A stretch of 32,000 nt of DNA. It comes from Candidatus Iainarchaeum sp. Its GTDB lineage: Archaea > Iainarchaeota > Iainarchaeia > Iainarchaeales > JAZDEL01. Below, piece by piece: positions 30,931 through 32,000 of the stretch. The stretch lies in NCBI GenBank assembly GCA_043808785.1, contig JAZDEL010000001.1, positions 60,001 through 92,000 of the forward strand, in the 5' to 3' direction. Below the pieces are notes generated by a model, which saw only the letters and a list, made by a program, of their open reading frames with translations, searched no databases and was not told the DNA's origin. A program made the position numbers and the translations under genes. Positions within the stretch are counted from its first letter, which is position 1; each line of letters starts with the position of its first letter.

Positions 30931-31024
30931 TTTCTTTGGCGCCCTATTTGCGTTTCTCTCTCTCTTTTATTTTGCGCTGCGGCACTTTCTCATTGGGCAT
31001 GAATAAATAACGGCGGCGTTTTAT

Positions 31025-31615
31025 TTATGCTTTGCGTTTACCCTTCCCGCGCCCCAAATCGAACACCTGCATCGGCACCCTGAGTTTTTTTATTTCCGCC
31101 TTCGTCAGCGCCCTGTGAGAAACTTTTTTCCCTATCAGCGCGCTGTTTCCCAAAGGGTCCTCGATTATAACCGTGAATTTTTCGGAACCGTTTTTTGCGG
31201 AGCGGATTTTTTCGAGCGCGGCGTCGGCATTGGGTTTCCCCTCCCCGTCCGCGGAGGATGCGAGGATGCTCGCCGCGCTTTCTATCCTCTCGAGCAGGCC
31301 CTCGAGGTTTGAAATGTACCCCTCGCTCAGTGCGGCGGGCTCGATTGTAACCCCCAATTCGGGAATGCGGATTGTGGATGAACTGCTGCGGACAATTTTT
31401 GTGCGCAGGTCATTTGCACCTGAAACCTTTGCCTCAAAGCGCGAGGGCTTCCTCACGCCCGCGGAAAACACGTCAACAAACCTGAACCCGCACGCGGGGC
31501 AGGACATCGTGAGCATAATTACCTTGCCGAAGTGCTGCACAGCCCTCACTGTCTGCACAATTTTTGCCGGCTCGCCGCAGTTGGCGCACGGAATTGCTGG
31601 ATTTTTTTCTGGCAT
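31025..31615 (-). CDS. ZPR1-type zinc finger protein
   Basis: CANCGEPAKIVQ...MSCPACGF zinc ribbon followed by the ZPR1 beta-domain (IRIPELGVTIEPA..EGYISNLEGLL). Confidence 0.8.
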   Translation of the reverse strand: MPEKNPAIPCANCGEPAKIVQTVRAVQHFGKVIMLTMSCPACGFRFVDVFSAGVRKPSRFEAKVSGANDLRTKIVRSSSSTIRIPELGVTIEPAALSEGYISNLEGLLERIESAASILASSADGEGKPNADAALEKIRSAKNGSEKFTVIIEDPLGNSALIGKKVSHRALTKAEIKKLRVPMQVFDLGRGKGKRKA

Positions 31616-31660
31616 GCGGGAACCATCCTGATTTCTTGATTGCGGCAGGCGGAACCGCGC

Positions 31661-32000
31661 TTACTTCTTTTTGCCTTTCTTTTTTGCCGGTGAAGCGGAG
31701 CGGTAAATTATCTTGTGCATATCCTGCTCCTCCCTCTTCTCTGTCGCCCTGCGCGGCACGAACTTTTTCGCCTTAACCGTCATGCCGCGGTTCTGCAGCT
31801 CTATAAGTATCTCCTTTATCGCCTTCATTTCGACGGCGGCATTCGCGCGGAAGTGGTCGAGTTTGCGGATTTTTTCCTCGAGCCCGTTGCCGTTTCCTGA
31901 AAAAGCGTTTGCGTTCGCCCCCGCACCTGAAGACGTGCCTGCGCGTGCCCCCGAGAGCGCGGACTCGAGCGCGCTTATCCTGCTGTGCGCCATCTCCACT
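31661..32000 (-). CDS. hypothetical coiled-coil protein with basic C-terminus; the 5' end may lie beyond the window
   Basis: The frame is open to the window edge. The sequence has a low-complexity GAGANANAFSGNGNG segment and a KKKGKKK tail. Confidence 0.45.
   Translation of the reverse strand, partial: VEMAHSRISALESALSGARAGTSSGAGANANAFSGNGNGLEEKIRKLDHFRANAAVEMKAIKEILIELQNRGMTVKAKKFVPRRATEKREEQDMHKIIYRSASPAKKKGKKK

Overview
Archaeal chromosomal segment, roughly 55% G+C by eye. The archaeal call rests on the A/V-type ATPase operon order H-I-K-E-C, an Ogg2-type glycosylase, a ZPR1 zinc finger, a C/D-box sRNA candidate, TATA-like boxes 25-35 nt before many first-gene start codons, and GGAGG sites before internal genes. 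Left to right: the 5' part of the A1AO ATPase operon (minus strand); two orphan genes; an Lrp/AsnC regulator divergent from a reverse-rubrerythrin / desulfoferrodoxin / 8-oxoG-glycosylase operon; a second Lrp/AsnC regulator divergent from glnA; small membrane proteins; two FCS/TRASH-type zinc-ribbon genes plus two very acidic micro-ORFs absent from the ORF track, facing an orphan PurD-like ATP-grasp gene across a phased A-tract array; an AT-rich islet; a DUF475/TerC-like plus CaCA antiporter operon; a glycan island (GT4 fusion, GH130, PfkB-NagB fusion, PIG-L deacetylase, GT4, GDE-like glycosidase) closed by a second CaCA gene; a CBS protein; a candidate C/D-box sRNA; two divergent Cys-rich lipobox surface proteins, one bracketed by two copies of a twin-hairpin element with compensatory substitutions; then a CxxC-x17-CxxC ribbon, an RNase HIII-like gene, an orphan, ZPR1 and a partial orphan. 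I saw no CRISPR array, rRNA, tRNA, transposase or integrase. All family assignments come from motifs recognised by eye and no searches were run. CDS coordinates include the stop codon, as in the supplied ORF track.
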